From positions 32,001 to 96,000 of the IMG/VR virus record IMGVR_UViG_3300035208_006553: 64,000 nucleotides of DNA. One strand, given 5' to 3'. This document shows, piece after piece, positions 9,905 through 19,830 of this stretch; position 1 is the stretch's first letter; the number at the start of each line of letters is the position of its first letter. Both the position numbers and the translations under genes were made by a program. The stretch comes from a virus (Duplodnaviria; Caudoviricetes). Below the pieces are notes generated by a model. The model saw only the letters and a program-made list of their open reading frames with translations. It ran no database searches and was not told the origin of the DNA.

Positions 9905-10716
9905 TGTTCCATAGTATATTATGTCCAGCTGCGTGTCTTGATCAATTTGCAATCCGTTCAAAGTTTCATTTAATATTACCTCATCTCTTAGACAAATTAC
10001 CTCAGTATAAAGAGTTTTATAAAGAGAGAGCAAAACAAGGAGATCATATACTTCTTGATAATTCTATATTTGAACATGGTTACAGTTTCGATTACAAGAA
10101 AATGATTAAGTATGCTGAAGAAATGGAATTAACTGAAATTTCAGCTCCCGAGGTGCTTAAAGATAGAGAAGCATCTTTAGTGTTGAGAGAAGAGTTTTTG
10201 AATTATTATGTTAAAAGTGGAAGTAAAGTTAAAATTTTAGCTGTAGCTCAAGGTAAAAATCTTGAAGAGGTTGAAGAAAGTTATTTTGAGTTGTTAAGAA
10301 TACCGGAAATTACTACTCTTGGATTACCTTTTGATCTTGATGATCAGGGAGATTCTGCATATAGCGGTGGAGAGAGAATTAGAAGTTTGACTTTACGAAG
10401 AGTTGTAAATAGATGGGGTTTAGTTGATCGTATTAATGCAATATCATATTCTAAAGGTATTGAATTAAAGCCAACTCATTTAATGGGTTTAAGTGATGCT
10501 GTTGAATTGCAGAAATATAAAGATTTTCCTTGGATTAGATCTAATGATTCTTCAACAGCTTTTGTGCATGGTGTTAATCTTATTAAATATACTGATAGAG
10601 GGTTACCATGTGAAAAAATAAGTCAAAAATTAGATTTTGCAGGATGGAAGATTTTACATCCTCAACAAGTTGAATTTATAAATTATAATATAGATAAAAT
10701 ATTAAGCTGGATTTAA
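9904..10716 (+). CDS. dpdA: DpdA-like TGT-fold deazaguanine DNA transglycosylase
   Basis: ILLDNS, LAVAQG, HLMG and SNDSS motifs spaced as in TGT barrels; sits in the que cluster beside DNA polymerase. Confidence 0.72.
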   Translation: MFHSILCPAACLDQFAIRSKFHLILPHLLDKLPQYKEFYKERAKQGDHILLDNSIFEHGYSFDYKKMIKYAEEMELTEISAPEVLKDREASLVLREEFLNYYVKSGSKVKILAVAQGKNLEEVEESYFELLRIPEITTLGLPFDLDDQGDSAYSGGERIRSLTLRRVVNRWGLVDRINAISYSKGIELKPTHLMGLSDAVELQKYKDFPWIRSNDSSTAFVHGVNLIKYTDRGLPCEKISQKLDFAGWKILHPQQVEFINYNIDKILSWI

Positions 10717-10734
10717 TTATTTTATAAAGGAATT

Positions 10735-13362
10735 ATGTCTGAAATTAATTTCTTACCAAGTTTGCACGGCCAAAATTGTAATAAATGTAAATTATGTGAA
10801 GTACGAAAAAATATAGTACCTTCTTATTTACCATCTACTGCTCAAATACTTTTTTTAGCGGAGGCTCCGGGAGAATGTGAAGATGAAAAAGGTACAATGC
10901 CATTAATTGGAAATGCTGGTAAATTTTTAGATGAATGTATTCATATTGCAGGTTATGATAGAAACGATCCTGGATTTGCTTTTGCGAATGTCGTGCGTTG
11001 TAGGCCAGTATCTAACGAAGAAGGAAAAAAGAATAGACAGCCAAAAGATGGTGAAATTAAAGCATGTTCTGATTATTTAGATCGAGAAATAGCTTCTTTG
11101 AAAGATTTAAAAGTAATTATATGTTTAGGTAACGTTGCAAGTAATAGAGTATTAGGAAAACTAGGTGTTGGAATTACTCATTTAAGAGATCATATATGCT
11201 ATCATTCAAAATACAATGTCAATGTTGTTGTAACCTACCACCCTGCAGCACCTCTTCATGTCAACACTGTCCAAGAAAAGATAGGAATGAGGACAGCTAT
11301 TGTAGAAGATATTCAAAAAGTTGTAAAGTTATTAAGAGAAGAAAAAATACCTCTTCAGCATAAATCGTACGTATGTAACAATATGAGAAGGGTGAGATGG
11401 TTATTTGAACAACTTAATAAACAAGAAATAATTTCATGGGATACAGAAACAGATGCTCTAGACTACTTAGAAGCTAACATATTGTGTCATTCTTTTTCAT
11501 GGCAAGTTGGAACAGGTGTTGTTTTACCTCTTTTACAACAATACAGCAAACCATTTTGGAGTCCGGGAGAGTATGATGAAATTCAAAAATTAGTAAAAAG
11601 TGTTTTAGAGAATCCTAATATTAAAAAGATTGCTCAGAATGGTAAATTTGATATTCAGCAAGCGAGACATGCAGGAATCAATGTTCAGAATTTTTACGCA
11701 GACACTATGTTGCAACACTATTGTATAAATGAAAATATTGACCATGGGTTAAAAATGCTTGCATGGCTATATACTGATTACGGAGGTTACGAAGAGGAGT
11801 TAGATACAATAAGAGAAAAGTATGCAAAAGAAGCAGGTATTTCAAAGAAAGAAGCTTCTTTTAACATTATACCAAATGAAATTCTATGGAAATATTCAGG
11901 AATGGATCCCGATGTTACGCTTCAAATATATTATAAACTTTTACCTATTTTAGAAGCTGAAGGGACGATTAAAATATTTCAAGAATTGTATATGCCTTTT
12001 ACGAGATTTGTTGCTGATATGGAGTATGAAGGTATGAATGTGGATAAAGAATATTTAATTGAGACTCAGCAGAAGTTTAAAGAACGTATTAAAGGTCTAG
12101 AAGAACAAATTTATAGAAACAGAGACGTTAGAATTTATGTTGAAAGTAGAAAAAAGAAACATCGAGAGGAAAGAGCTGCTAAGTGGGATAAGTCCAAAAA
12201 TTTACAATCTAGATATAAGAATAGAGAAGAGTATTGCGAATTAAAAATTGAAGAAATTGCAGATTTTAATTATGGATCTGATAAGCAATTAAAAGAGTTA
12301 TTTATTGACCAATTGCAATTAAAAATAGGTAAGAGAACAAACGGAGGAGGCGCTTCTTTTGATAAAGAAGCTATGGAAGTTTATGCTAGAAAAGTACCTA
12401 TAGCTAAATTAATTGCCGATGCTAATAAGACTGCTAATTTATTAACAATTTTTTTGGACGGCATTTTAGATAGAATACGTACAGATGGAAGAGTTCATAC
12501 TTCTTTAAATTTACAAATTGCAGAGTCGGGAAGACTTTCAAGCAGCGGGCCCAATCTTCAAAATATTCCCAACCGTACAAATAACCCTACCGATGCAAAA
12601 CTGATAAGAGATATTTATATTGCTGATTCTCCAAATCATGTTATTATAGAATTTGACCAAAAGCAGTGCGAGTTTCGGACATGGTGCCAAATGTCTCAAG
12701 ATCCTGTTATGATTCAGGATTTAGCAAATGGGTTAGATATACATACTGATATAGCTTCTGAAGGGTTTAAAATACCAAAAGATCAAGTTACGAAAGAGAA
12801 GAGAGACGGAGCTAAAGGTGTCGTTTTTGGTAAAATGTATGGAAGAGGAAATAGATCAGTTGCTGATCAATTAGGTATTTCTATTAAAGAAGCTGAGAAA
12901 ATAGAAACTGCTTTATTTAGTAAATATAAAGTAGCATCAGCTTGGTTAAGACAGGTAGTTATTAAAGCAAGACATGATAAATATGTTGATAATTTATTTG
13001 GATTTAGAAGACATTTAAAGGGTTTAATAGATAGTTCTGATTCTGCTTTACGTTCAGCAGCTGAAAGGTTAGCCGTGAACGCTCCCATTCAAGGAGGAGC
13101 TTCTCAAATGGTATGTTATGCTATGTTAAAAGCAGATAAACTTTTTAAAGAAAATAATATTAGAGGACGTTTATTATTTCCTATTCACGATGCTATTTTA
13201 TTTAGCGTACATAAAGATGATATAAGAAGAGCAATACCTTTAATTGAAGAGAGTATGATACATCCTCACCCGCTTATAAATGTACCTTTGGGGATTGATG
13301 GGAAAATTGGGTATAGGTGGGGGTCAACTCAAACTGTTGAAGAGTATTTACAAACAAATTAA
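10735..13362 (+). CDS. Family A DNA polymerase with N-terminal uracil-DNA glycosylase domain and 3'-5' exonuclease
   Basis: UDG4 motifs C..C.LC, EAPG, NVVRCRP, TYHPAA; exonuclease WDTET, QNGKFD; polymerase GRLSS..PNLQN, DQKQCE, K...FG.MYG, IHDA. Confidence 0.95.
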   Translation: MSEINFLPSLHGQNCNKCKLCEVRKNIVPSYLPSTAQILFLAEAPGECEDEKGTMPLIGNAGKFLDECIHIAGYDRNDPGFAFANVVRCRPVSNEEGKKNRQPKDGEIKACSDYLDREIASLKDLKVIICLGNVASNRVLGKLGVGITHLRDHICYHSKYNVNVVVTYHPAAPLHVNTVQEKIGMRTAIVEDIQKVVKLLREEKIPLQHKSYVCNNMRRVRWLFEQLNKQEIISWDTETDALDYLEANILCHSFSWQVGTGVVLPLLQQYSKPFWSPGEYDEIQKLVKSVLENPNIKKIAQNGKFDIQQARHAGINVQNFYADTMLQHYCINENIDHGLKMLAWLYTDYGGYEEELDTIREKYAKEAGISKKEASFNIIPNEILWKYSGMDPDVTLQIYYKLLPILEAEGTIKIFQELYMPFTRFVADMEYEGMNVDKEYLIETQQKFKERIKGLEEQIYRNRDVRIYVESRKKKHREERAAKWDKSKNLQSRYKNREEYCELKIEEIADFNYGSDKQLKELFIDQLQLKIGKRTNGGGASFDKEAMEVYARKVPIAKLIADANKTANLLTIFLDGILDRIRTDGRVHTSLNLQIAESGRLSSSGPNLQNIPNRTNNPTDAKLIRDIYIADSPNHVIIEFDQKQCEFRTWCQMSQDPVMIQDLANGLDIHTDIASEGFKIPKDQVTKEKRDGAKGVVFGKMYGRGNRSVADQLGISIKEAEKIETALFSKYKVASAWLRQVVIKARHDKYVDNLFGFRRHLKGLIDSSDSALRSAAERLAVNAPIQGGASQMVCYAMLKADKLFKENNIRGRLLFPIHDAILFSVHKDDIRRAIPLIEESMIHPHPLINVPLGIDGKIGYRWGSTQTVEEYLQTN

Positions 13363-13383
13363 AATAAAAGAAGGAGATGTAAA

Positions 13384-13842
13384 ATGACAAAAATTGGTGA
13401 GTTCGACGAACAAAGTATAATTCCTGGAATTAGCATAACCGGAAAAGATCAGAAACTTCCGTCTTTAGAGGGAGAGCTTACAGAAGAACAAAAAGTTATA
13501 AGAAAAAAGTTAATAGACAGCATACCTTATCCAGAAGAGTCTGCTGAGATTAAAAAAGAAGAAGAAATTCCAGAAGACATGTCTGAAGATGCTCTAGATC
13601 CTTTTAAAAAGATAAATATTACAGATTTAGGTAATAAAATAGTTAAAGCTGAAAACAAAGAAGAAGAAGTACATTACAATCAGGAAGAGTTAATTGAACT
13701 TGTTAAAATTAATGCTGGATTTTTTTACAGTTGCTATATTCAACATAAACCACGGGTAGACACCAGAATTGAAGATGAAGCAATAAAATATTTAATTAGT
13801 TTTTACAAAAAATTACTAACTAAGATAAATCAAGGAATATAG
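13384..13842 (+). CDS. Hypothetical acidic protein
   Basis: AAGGAG RBS. Confidence 0.6.
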   Translation: MTKIGEFDEQSIIPGISITGKDQKLPSLEGELTEEQKVIRKKLIDSIPYPEESAEIKKEEEIPEDMSEDALDPFKKINITDLGNKIVKAENKEEEVHYNQEELIELVKINAGFFYSCYIQHKPRVDTRIEDEAIKYLISFYKKLLTKINQGI

Positions 13843-13843
13843 T

Positions 13844-15478
13844 ATGCGATCAAGGACTCTTTTATATGATTTAGAAGCAAGAACTAAATTAAAAGTCGGC
13901 ATGGATGCTTTATCTGAAATGGTAAAAGTAACTCTAGGTCCAAAAGGTAATAATGTAATTATAGAAAAAATATCAGGTTTTCCTCTTATTACCAAAGATG
14001 GTGTAACTGTGGCTAGAGAAATTTACCTCAGTGATCCTATTGAAAATATGGGAGCTCAAGTGTTAAAAGAAGTAGCTATGAAGACTAATGAAACTGCTGG
14101 AGATGGAACAACAACAGCAACAGTTCTTGCACACGCTTTTATTACAGAAGGTATTAAAAATTTAACTGCTGGTTCTAATCCTATGGATTTAAAGAGAGGT
14201 ATTGATATTGCAGTTAAACATGTTACAGATAGGTTAAAAGAGTTAAGTCGTCCAGTTACAGGTAAGGAAGATATAATAAGTGTAGCTTCCATTTCTGCAA
14301 ATAATGATAATCAAATAGGGAATGATATAGCTAATTCTATTGAAAAAGCAGGTAACGAAGGAATAGTTATCGTTGAAGATTCTAAAGATTCAGATACAAT
14401 TATTGAGGTATCTGAAGGAATGCAAATTGATAGAGGATATCAGCATCCTTATTTTATTAATAAAACTGTTACAATGGAAGTTGAGTTAAAAGGGACTTAT
14501 ATATTATTTTATAATGGAAAGTTACATCAAATGCACGATCTAGCAAGAATAGCTGAAGCTGTTATTCAAAAAGAAGCTGCATCTTTTTTAGTTATTGCTG
14601 ATGAATTTAGTCAAGAAGTTTTGCAATTGTTAGTAATGAATAAAATGAAAATGGGTAGACAATTTTGTGCTGTTATTTCACCCGGTTTTGGAGATCGTAA
14701 AGTAGACTTATTGAATGATATGGCTGCTTTAACTGGAGGTACTGTGTTTGGTGGGGATTTATCTTTACCCCTTGCTCGAGCAGATATATCTCAATTAGGT
14801 TACGCTGACAAAGTATTAGTTGATAAGAATAAAACAGTTATAGTTGGCGGCAAAGGTAAGTCTGAGAAAGTGAAAGAAAGAGTTGATCAAATAAGGATGT
14901 TACTTGACAATACTATCGTTGACTTCGATAAACAGAGATTACAAGAAAGGTTAGGTAAGTTAACCGGTGGTATAGTTGTCTTGCGAGTAGGCGCAATTAC
15001 AGAAACAGAGCTAAAAGAAAAGAAAATGAGAATAGAAGATGCTCTTCATGCTACACGAGCTGCTCTCGATGAAGGTATAGTACCTGGAGGAGGCGTAGCT
15101 TTAGTAAGAGCAAAAGAAATTATAAATAAGATTGATACTTCAAATTTAAGAGAGGATCAAAAAACCGGTATTAATATAGTAAAAAAAGCTTTAGATATTC
15201 CATTTTTAAGTATTTGCTCTAATGCAGGATTAACAGGAGAGGTAATTTTACAGGAAGTTATACAAGAAAATTTAGAATATGGATATGATTCCTTGAACGA
15301 TAAATATGGGAATATGTTTGAAATGGGAGTTATTGATCCAACTAAAGTTGTTAGGTTGGCTTTAGAAAATGCTGCTTCAATTGCTGGATTATTTCTTACT
15401 ACTAAAGGTGTTATTGCAGAATCAAAAGAAGAGAAGGAGTATATTGATAAATTAATGTCTCAAAGTCCTGCAAATTAG
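13844..15478 (+). CDS. groEL: Chaperonin GroEL
   Basis: TLGPKG, TKDGVTVA, AGDGTTTATVLA, PGFGDR, EGIVPGGG, IDPTKV. Confidence 0.97.
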   Translation: MRSRTLLYDLEARTKLKVGMDALSEMVKVTLGPKGNNVIIEKISGFPLITKDGVTVAREIYLSDPIENMGAQVLKEVAMKTNETAGDGTTTATVLAHAFITEGIKNLTAGSNPMDLKRGIDIAVKHVTDRLKELSRPVTGKEDIISVASISANNDNQIGNDIANSIEKAGNEGIVIVEDSKDSDTIIEVSEGMQIDRGYQHPYFINKTVTMEVELKGTYILFYNGKLHQMHDLARIAEAVIQKEAASFLVIADEFSQEVLQLLVMNKMKMGRQFCAVISPGFGDRKVDLLNDMAALTGGTVFGGDLSLPLARADISQLGYADKVLVDKNKTVIVGGKGKSEKVKERVDQIRMLLDNTIVDFDKQRLQERLGKLTGGIVVLRVGAITETELKEKKMRIEDALHATRAALDEGIVPGGGVALVRAKEIINKIDTSNLREDQKTGINIVKKALDIPFLSICSNAGLTGEVILQEVIQENLEYGYDSLNDKYGNMFEMGVIDPTKVVRLALENAASIAGLFLTTKGVIAESKEEKEYIDKLMSQSPAN

Positions 15479-15487
15479 AAAAAAGAA

Positions 15488-16282
15488 ATGGTACATGAAA
15501 TTATACAAACTTATTATAGAAATACTCAAATTTTAGATAAGTTAGCAATTTTTTTTAATAATAATTTATTGCAGCATACTGATTCTTTAAATTATCTTTT
15601 ACAAAGAGGTATAAGTAAAAAAGCAATTGAAGAGTTTAGAATAGGTTATGATATCAATGCTTTATCATTACAGACTTTTATTGAAAAGGAAAATATTTCT
15701 TTAGAAAGCTTATCGGAAATAGGTGTATTAACTAAAAACGAAGATAATTCTTATTATGATAGATTTGCAGACCGTATTATATTTCCAATTTTAGATATTA
15801 AAGGATTAGTTGCAAGTTTTAGTGGAAGGGTATGGCAGGAAAGTGACGAAAGAGCTAAGTATATCAATGGTAGTTTATCAAGTACTTATCAGAAATCTCT
15901 AACGTTATTTGGACTGTTTCAAGCTCTTTACGATATTCAAAAAAACAATTTAGTATTAGTAACAGAGGGAAACGTAGATGTGATAACTTGCCATGTAAAA
16001 GATATTAAAATAGCAGTAGCTACATGTGGGTCTGCCTTTACGAAAGAGCATTTTCAATTGCTTAAAATGTTTGTAAACAGGTTTATTTTTTGTTTTGATA
16101 ATGATGAAAGTGGTCGAAAATCTACAGAAAAAGTTAAGGGATTATTAAAAGATGAGAAAACTATAAAAGTAGGATATTTAAATATTGAAGGGGTAAAGGA
16201 TTTAGATTTATTTATTCAAGTTAATGGAGCAGCTAAATTAAAAGAGATTATTAAAGAATTCAGTAATGAGTTAGTGTTTTAA
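15488..16282 (+). CDS. dnaG: DnaG primase catalytic core (TOPRIM) lacking the zinc finger
   Basis: YL.QRG, DRF.DRIIFPI, FSGR, KYIN, EGNVDV, FDND..G, KDLD. Confidence 0.9.
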   Translation: MVHEIIQTYYRNTQILDKLAIFFNNNLLQHTDSLNYLLQRGISKKAIEEFRIGYDINALSLQTFIEKENISLESLSEIGVLTKNEDNSYYDRFADRIIFPILDIKGLVASFSGRVWQESDERAKYINGSLSSTYQKSLTLFGLFQALYDIQKNNLVLVTEGNVDVITCHVKDIKIAVATCGSAFTKEHFQLLKMFVNRFIFCFDNDESGRKSTEKVKGLLKDEKTIKVGYLNIEGVKDLDLFIQVNGAAKLKEIIKEFSNELVF

Positions 16283-16307
16283 ATGTATAATACAACAAAA
16301 AAAAAGT

Positions 16308-16691
16308 ATGAGAATATTAATTTGTGGTGACAGAAATTGGAGTAATTTAAGTTTTCTTAAAAAGTTTATTGATTCAATACCTTTTGATAGTGTTGTAATT
16401 GAAGGAGAAGCTAGGGGTGTAGATCTTTTATCTAAAGCATATGCTAGAAAAAGAAATTTAGATGTAATACAGTTTCCTGCAAATTGGATGAAGTACGGTG
16501 CGGCTGCAGGACCTATTCGAAATTCGCAAATGCTAGAAGAAGGGTTACCTGATATTGTAACGGCTTTTCACTTTAATATTGCAGAATCAAAAAGTACAAA
16601 AAATATGTTAATTCAAGCTAAAAATAAAGGTGTTAAGACATATTTAAATCCTTCTTCATTTCAAGAATTAGAAAATTTTAAGTATGATTAA
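16308..16691 (+). CDS. SLOG superfamily (YspA/DUF2493-like) protein
   Basis: ILICGDR, IEGEARGVD, ANW.KYG.AAGPIRN.QML, TKNM. Confidence 0.8.
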   Translation: MRILICGDRNWSNLSFLKKFIDSIPFDSVVIEGEARGVDLLSKAYARKRNLDVIQFPANWMKYGAAAGPIRNSQMLEEGLPDIVTAFHFNIAESKSTKNMLIQAKNKGVKTYLNPSSFQELENFKYD

Positions 16692-17517
16692 ACAAAAAAC
16701 AAGACATACTGATAAAAGCTTAATTAACTTTCCAGTAGTTTTTACACCTCTTATGATAACTAATCCTTTATATAGAGATGTTAAAGGTAATGCAGGTCAG
16801 GCTATTGTAAGAGTTGATACTAAGCGTATAATAACAATAGCTTCTGAGTATTATGAACCATTAACTCATATTGATAAAATTAATAATATGGAACAGGTTT
16901 TAAGAGATTTAGGTATAAATTTTGAATTGTTTGATATTAATATTGGAGGTGTATCTGGTAATAGAGTATTCCTTAATTACATACTTCCTACTTATAAGTT
17001 TGATGTTGAGGGTGACATTTTTGTACCATTTATACAAATTTACAGTGCTTATGATAGATACCTTTCAACTGGGTATTATTCAGGTTTATACAACACTTCG
17101 ACAACAAGTGCAGTTATTGTTAGAAAAGGTTTAAATTTAGTAAAACGTAAAGCATTATGGGGAAATGTGAAATTTAATGATAGTATGATAGATATTGGAG
17201 GATGGATTACTGAATTAGGAGCGGTGAGAAGAAAATTAAAGAAATTAAAACTTGACAAGAACGTCGATAATTCATCAAATATAGTAACTGCAATAATAGA
17301 AAAAAAGAAGCATCAATTGAATTTTTATAAAGCAAAAATCTTAGAAAGTTATATAGAAATATGTGATTTTTCAGAATATTCATTGTTAAATTCTTTGATG
17401 GATTACGTCACACACTATATGAATGATGAAAAAAAGAAACGTTCTTATGATAGAATACGACATGCTCAAATTTTAATTGGTGATAAATTTTTAAATTTAA
17501 AAGGGGGTTTAATGTGA
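16684..17517 (+). CDS. DUF932-like phage protein
   Basis: AIVRVDT..I....SEYYEP..H and IYSAYD pattern. Confidence 0.5.
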   Translation: MIKQKTRHTDKSLINFPVVFTPLMITNPLYRDVKGNAGQAIVRVDTKRIITIASEYYEPLTHIDKINNMEQVLRDLGINFELFDINIGGVSGNRVFLNYILPTYKFDVEGDIFVPFIQIYSAYDRYLSTGYYSGLYNTSTTSAVIVRKGLNLVKRKALWGNVKFNDSMIDIGGWITELGAVRRKLKKLKLDKNVDNSSNIVTAIIEKKKHQLNFYKAKILESYIEICDFSEYSLLNSLMDYVTHYMNDEKKKRSYDRIRHAQILIGDKFLNLKGGLM

Positions 17518-18101
17518 ATGATTGGAGATATGCATTGGATAATGATAATAATAAGCAGCTTGATAATATAAGAAATTTATTTAGTGCGTTAAAAATTCAA
17601 TCTACTTTTACAGAAGCTTTCAAAATTTTATCTTTAAGTTTCGAACCTTTTGTTTTAGTAGGAGGGTTATCTCGAAGTTTTTATACATCTCCAAGAAATA
17701 CAGGGGATATTGATTTATTATTTGATACTGAGTACGATTTAAAAAACTTTTTACACAGGCAAAAAGGTAATTACAAACAAATTAGACCCCATTCTATTAT
17801 AATGAAAGGCTCAGAAGTAGATCTTTTAACTTCAGAATTTTTAGGAATATCTAGCGATATTCGTAATTACGTTTTTGAAACTGCAAAACTTAGTGATTTA
17901 GGTGTAATGGTTGCAAGTAAAGAAGCTATTATTTTATTAAAGTTACAAAGATTGTCTCCAACAGATGACAATGATATAAGAGCTTTAATTGAAGCTGGAG
18001 GTAAAGATTTAAAAGTTAATGATATTTTAAGACTAGCAAAAACCAATAAAGAAAAAATTGAAGAAATTTTGGAACAAAGTAAAATGTTTTTGAAGGAGTG
18101 A
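17514..18101 (+). CDS. Pol-beta superfamily nucleotidyltransferase
   Basis: FVLVGG, PRNTGDIDLL, VDLL, IILLK..R...D..DI. Confidence 0.75.
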   Translation: MNDWRYALDNDNNKQLDNIRNLFSALKIQSTFTEAFKILSLSFEPFVLVGGLSRSFYTSPRNTGDIDLLFDTEYDLKNFLHRQKGNYKQIRPHSIIMKGSEVDLLTSEFLGISSDIRNYVFETAKLSDLGVMVASKEAIILLKLQRLSPTDDNDIRALIEAGGKDLKVNDILRLAKTNKEKIEEILEQSKMFLKE

Positions 18102-18104
18102 TAA

Positions 18105-19157
18105 ATGGCAAAAGGTCAAGAAGTAGAACATACAAAATTCAAAGTTATTGAGGATGCTATTTCAAGTATTGAAAAACAATACGGAAAAGGTACTATAATG
18201 AGATTAGGAGATAAACCTAATCACGATATAAAAGTAATATCTACTGGATGTTTATCTCTTGATTTTGCATTAGGTGTTGGAGGAGTTCCAAGAGGAAGAA
18301 TAATTGAGATATATGGCCCCGAAAGCGGGGGAAAAACGAGTATGAGCCTTCATATTGTTGCTGAATGTCAAAAAAGAGGAGGTACTGCTGCGTTTATTGA
18401 TGTGGAGCACGCGCTAGACAAAAAATATGCAAAGAAACTAGGAGTAGATACTGACAATTTATTACTATCTCAACCCGATTTTGCAGAACAAGCATTAGAG
18501 GTAGTTGAAACACTTGTAAGAACTAATGCAATTGATATTATTGTTGTTGATTCTGTGTCTGCATTAGTACCTCGTTCGGAAGTTGAAGGAAATATGGGAG
18601 ATCCTCAAATGGCTTCTCAAGCACGCTTAATGTCTCAAGCTCTCAGAAAATTAACACCTGTTGTTGCAAAAGCTAATTGTGTTGTAATTTTTATTAATCA
18701 AATTCGTATGAAAGTGGGAATGATATTCGGGAGTCCCGAAACTACTTCCGGCGGCAATGCTCTTAAATTTTATGCTTCAGTTAGATTAGATGTAAGGAAG
18801 GTGTCTGCAATAAAGGTTGGAGATTTAATAATTGGTAATAAAACTAAAATTAAGGTTGTTAAAAACAAATGCGCTCCTCCCTTCCGTGAGGTTCAAGTTG
18901 ATATTATTTTTGGACAAGGAATTGATACAGTAGGAGACATAATTGACTTAGCTATTCAATTTGGATTAATTAAAAAGTCTGGGTCTTGGTTTACGTACGG
19001 AGAGGATAGGTTTCAAGGAAAAGAAGGTATATCAAAAGCTTTAAAGAGTAATTCTATTTTTGTAGAGAATTTGAGAACTCAATTAGTTAATATACTAAAC
19101 AATCCTGAAATTACAGAAATTATACCTTCAACAGAAAATACTGAATTGCCGGAGTAA
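18105..19157 (+). CDS. recA: RecA recombinase
   Basis: [44 protein letters not shown]. Confidence 0.97.
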   Translation: MAKGQEVEHTKFKVIEDAISSIEKQYGKGTIMRLGDKPNHDIKVISTGCLSLDFALGVGGVPRGRIIEIYGPESGGKTSMSLHIVAECQKRGGTAAFIDVEHALDKKYAKKLGVDTDNLLLSQPDFAEQALEVVETLVRTNAIDIIVVDSVSALVPRSEVEGNMGDPQMASQARLMSQALRKLTPVVAKANCVVIFINQIRMKVGMIFGSPETTSGGNALKFYASVRLDVRKVSAIKVGDLIIGNKTKIKVVKNKCAPPFREVQVDIIFGQGIDTVGDIIDLAIQFGLIKKSGSWFTYGEDRFQGKEGISKALKSNSIFVENLRTQLVNILNNPEITEIIPSTENTELPE

Positions 19158-19162
19158 AAATT

Positions 19163-19750
19163 ATGGTGATTACAATTTTAGGAAATATATTTCATCCTCT
19201 TGAAGATTGTTTACCTATGCTTCAAATTTTAGTAGCTGAAATTCAAGAAAGGCAAGAAATAATGTACAAAGTACCTTTTGAAGAATTAAATTCTATTAAG
19301 TTTACTTTAGATAGTACACCTGAGGAAGATATACCGGGATTTAATGAAAAGTATGCTTCTATTCAATCCCATATTAGTAGAGTTTCTTCTATTTTAATAG
19401 AAGCTAAAAGAGAAATAAAATATTGGAATGAATATAAAAGTCGTTTAAAATCTTTATACGTAAGAGCTAAAAATAATTTATTAATTAACACTTCTGAAAT
19501 TAAAGAGTTAAGAAATAAGGAAATGCAAGAATCAGCTATACAAGAAAGGATACCAGATTTAGTTCGTTTACTTGAAGGATTAGATATTATTATTGACAGC
19601 TTAGAAAGTGATATTGACATTATTAGAATTAAAAAGGAAGAAATAGATAGTGCTAATGTTAATCTTAATCGTCAACAGAAAGTTATAGAAGATATGATTG
19701 GTCTTAATATAATACCTACGGGTGGTGGGTTGTTAAGAATGAGAAGATGA
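19163..19750 (+). CDS. Hypothetical coiled-coil protein, possible recombination mediator
   Basis: Helical heptads; lies between recA and the SSB-like gene. Confidence 0.4.
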   Translation: MVITILGNIFHPLEDCLPMLQILVAEIQERQEIMYKVPFEELNSIKFTLDSTPEEDIPGFNEKYASIQSHISRVSSILIEAKREIKYWNEYKSRLKSLYVRAKNNLLINTSEIKELRNKEMQESAIQERIPDLVRLLEGLDIIIDSLESDIDIIRIKKEEIDSANVNLNRQQKVIEDMIGLNIIPTGGGLLRMRR

Positions 19751-19777
19751 GATAAATAATACTGTTTTGAAAATGTT

Positions 19778-19787
19778 AATGTATAAT
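19778..19787 (+). promoter_or_regulatory. Recurrent promoter-like motif AATGTATAAT (representative copy)
   Basis: Exact at 16282, 19778, 28334, 30769, 49977, 51008; one mismatch at 5600, 7778, 22353, 49366, 57932; all just upstream of gene starts. Confidence 0.7.
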
Positions 19788-19830
19788 AAATAGCAATTAT
19801 AATTTTTTTTAATTTAAAGGAGTAATACTA

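Noticed and set aside
10735-19157. Inteins or introns in polymerase, RecA or primase
   Set aside because: Lengths and motif spacing are normal, with no splice-junction motifs seen
13844-19157. Bacterial chromosome origin suggested by groEL, recA and que genes
   Set aside because: Terminase, UDG-fused polymerase, single-strand gene packing and many tiny ORFs indicate a large phage
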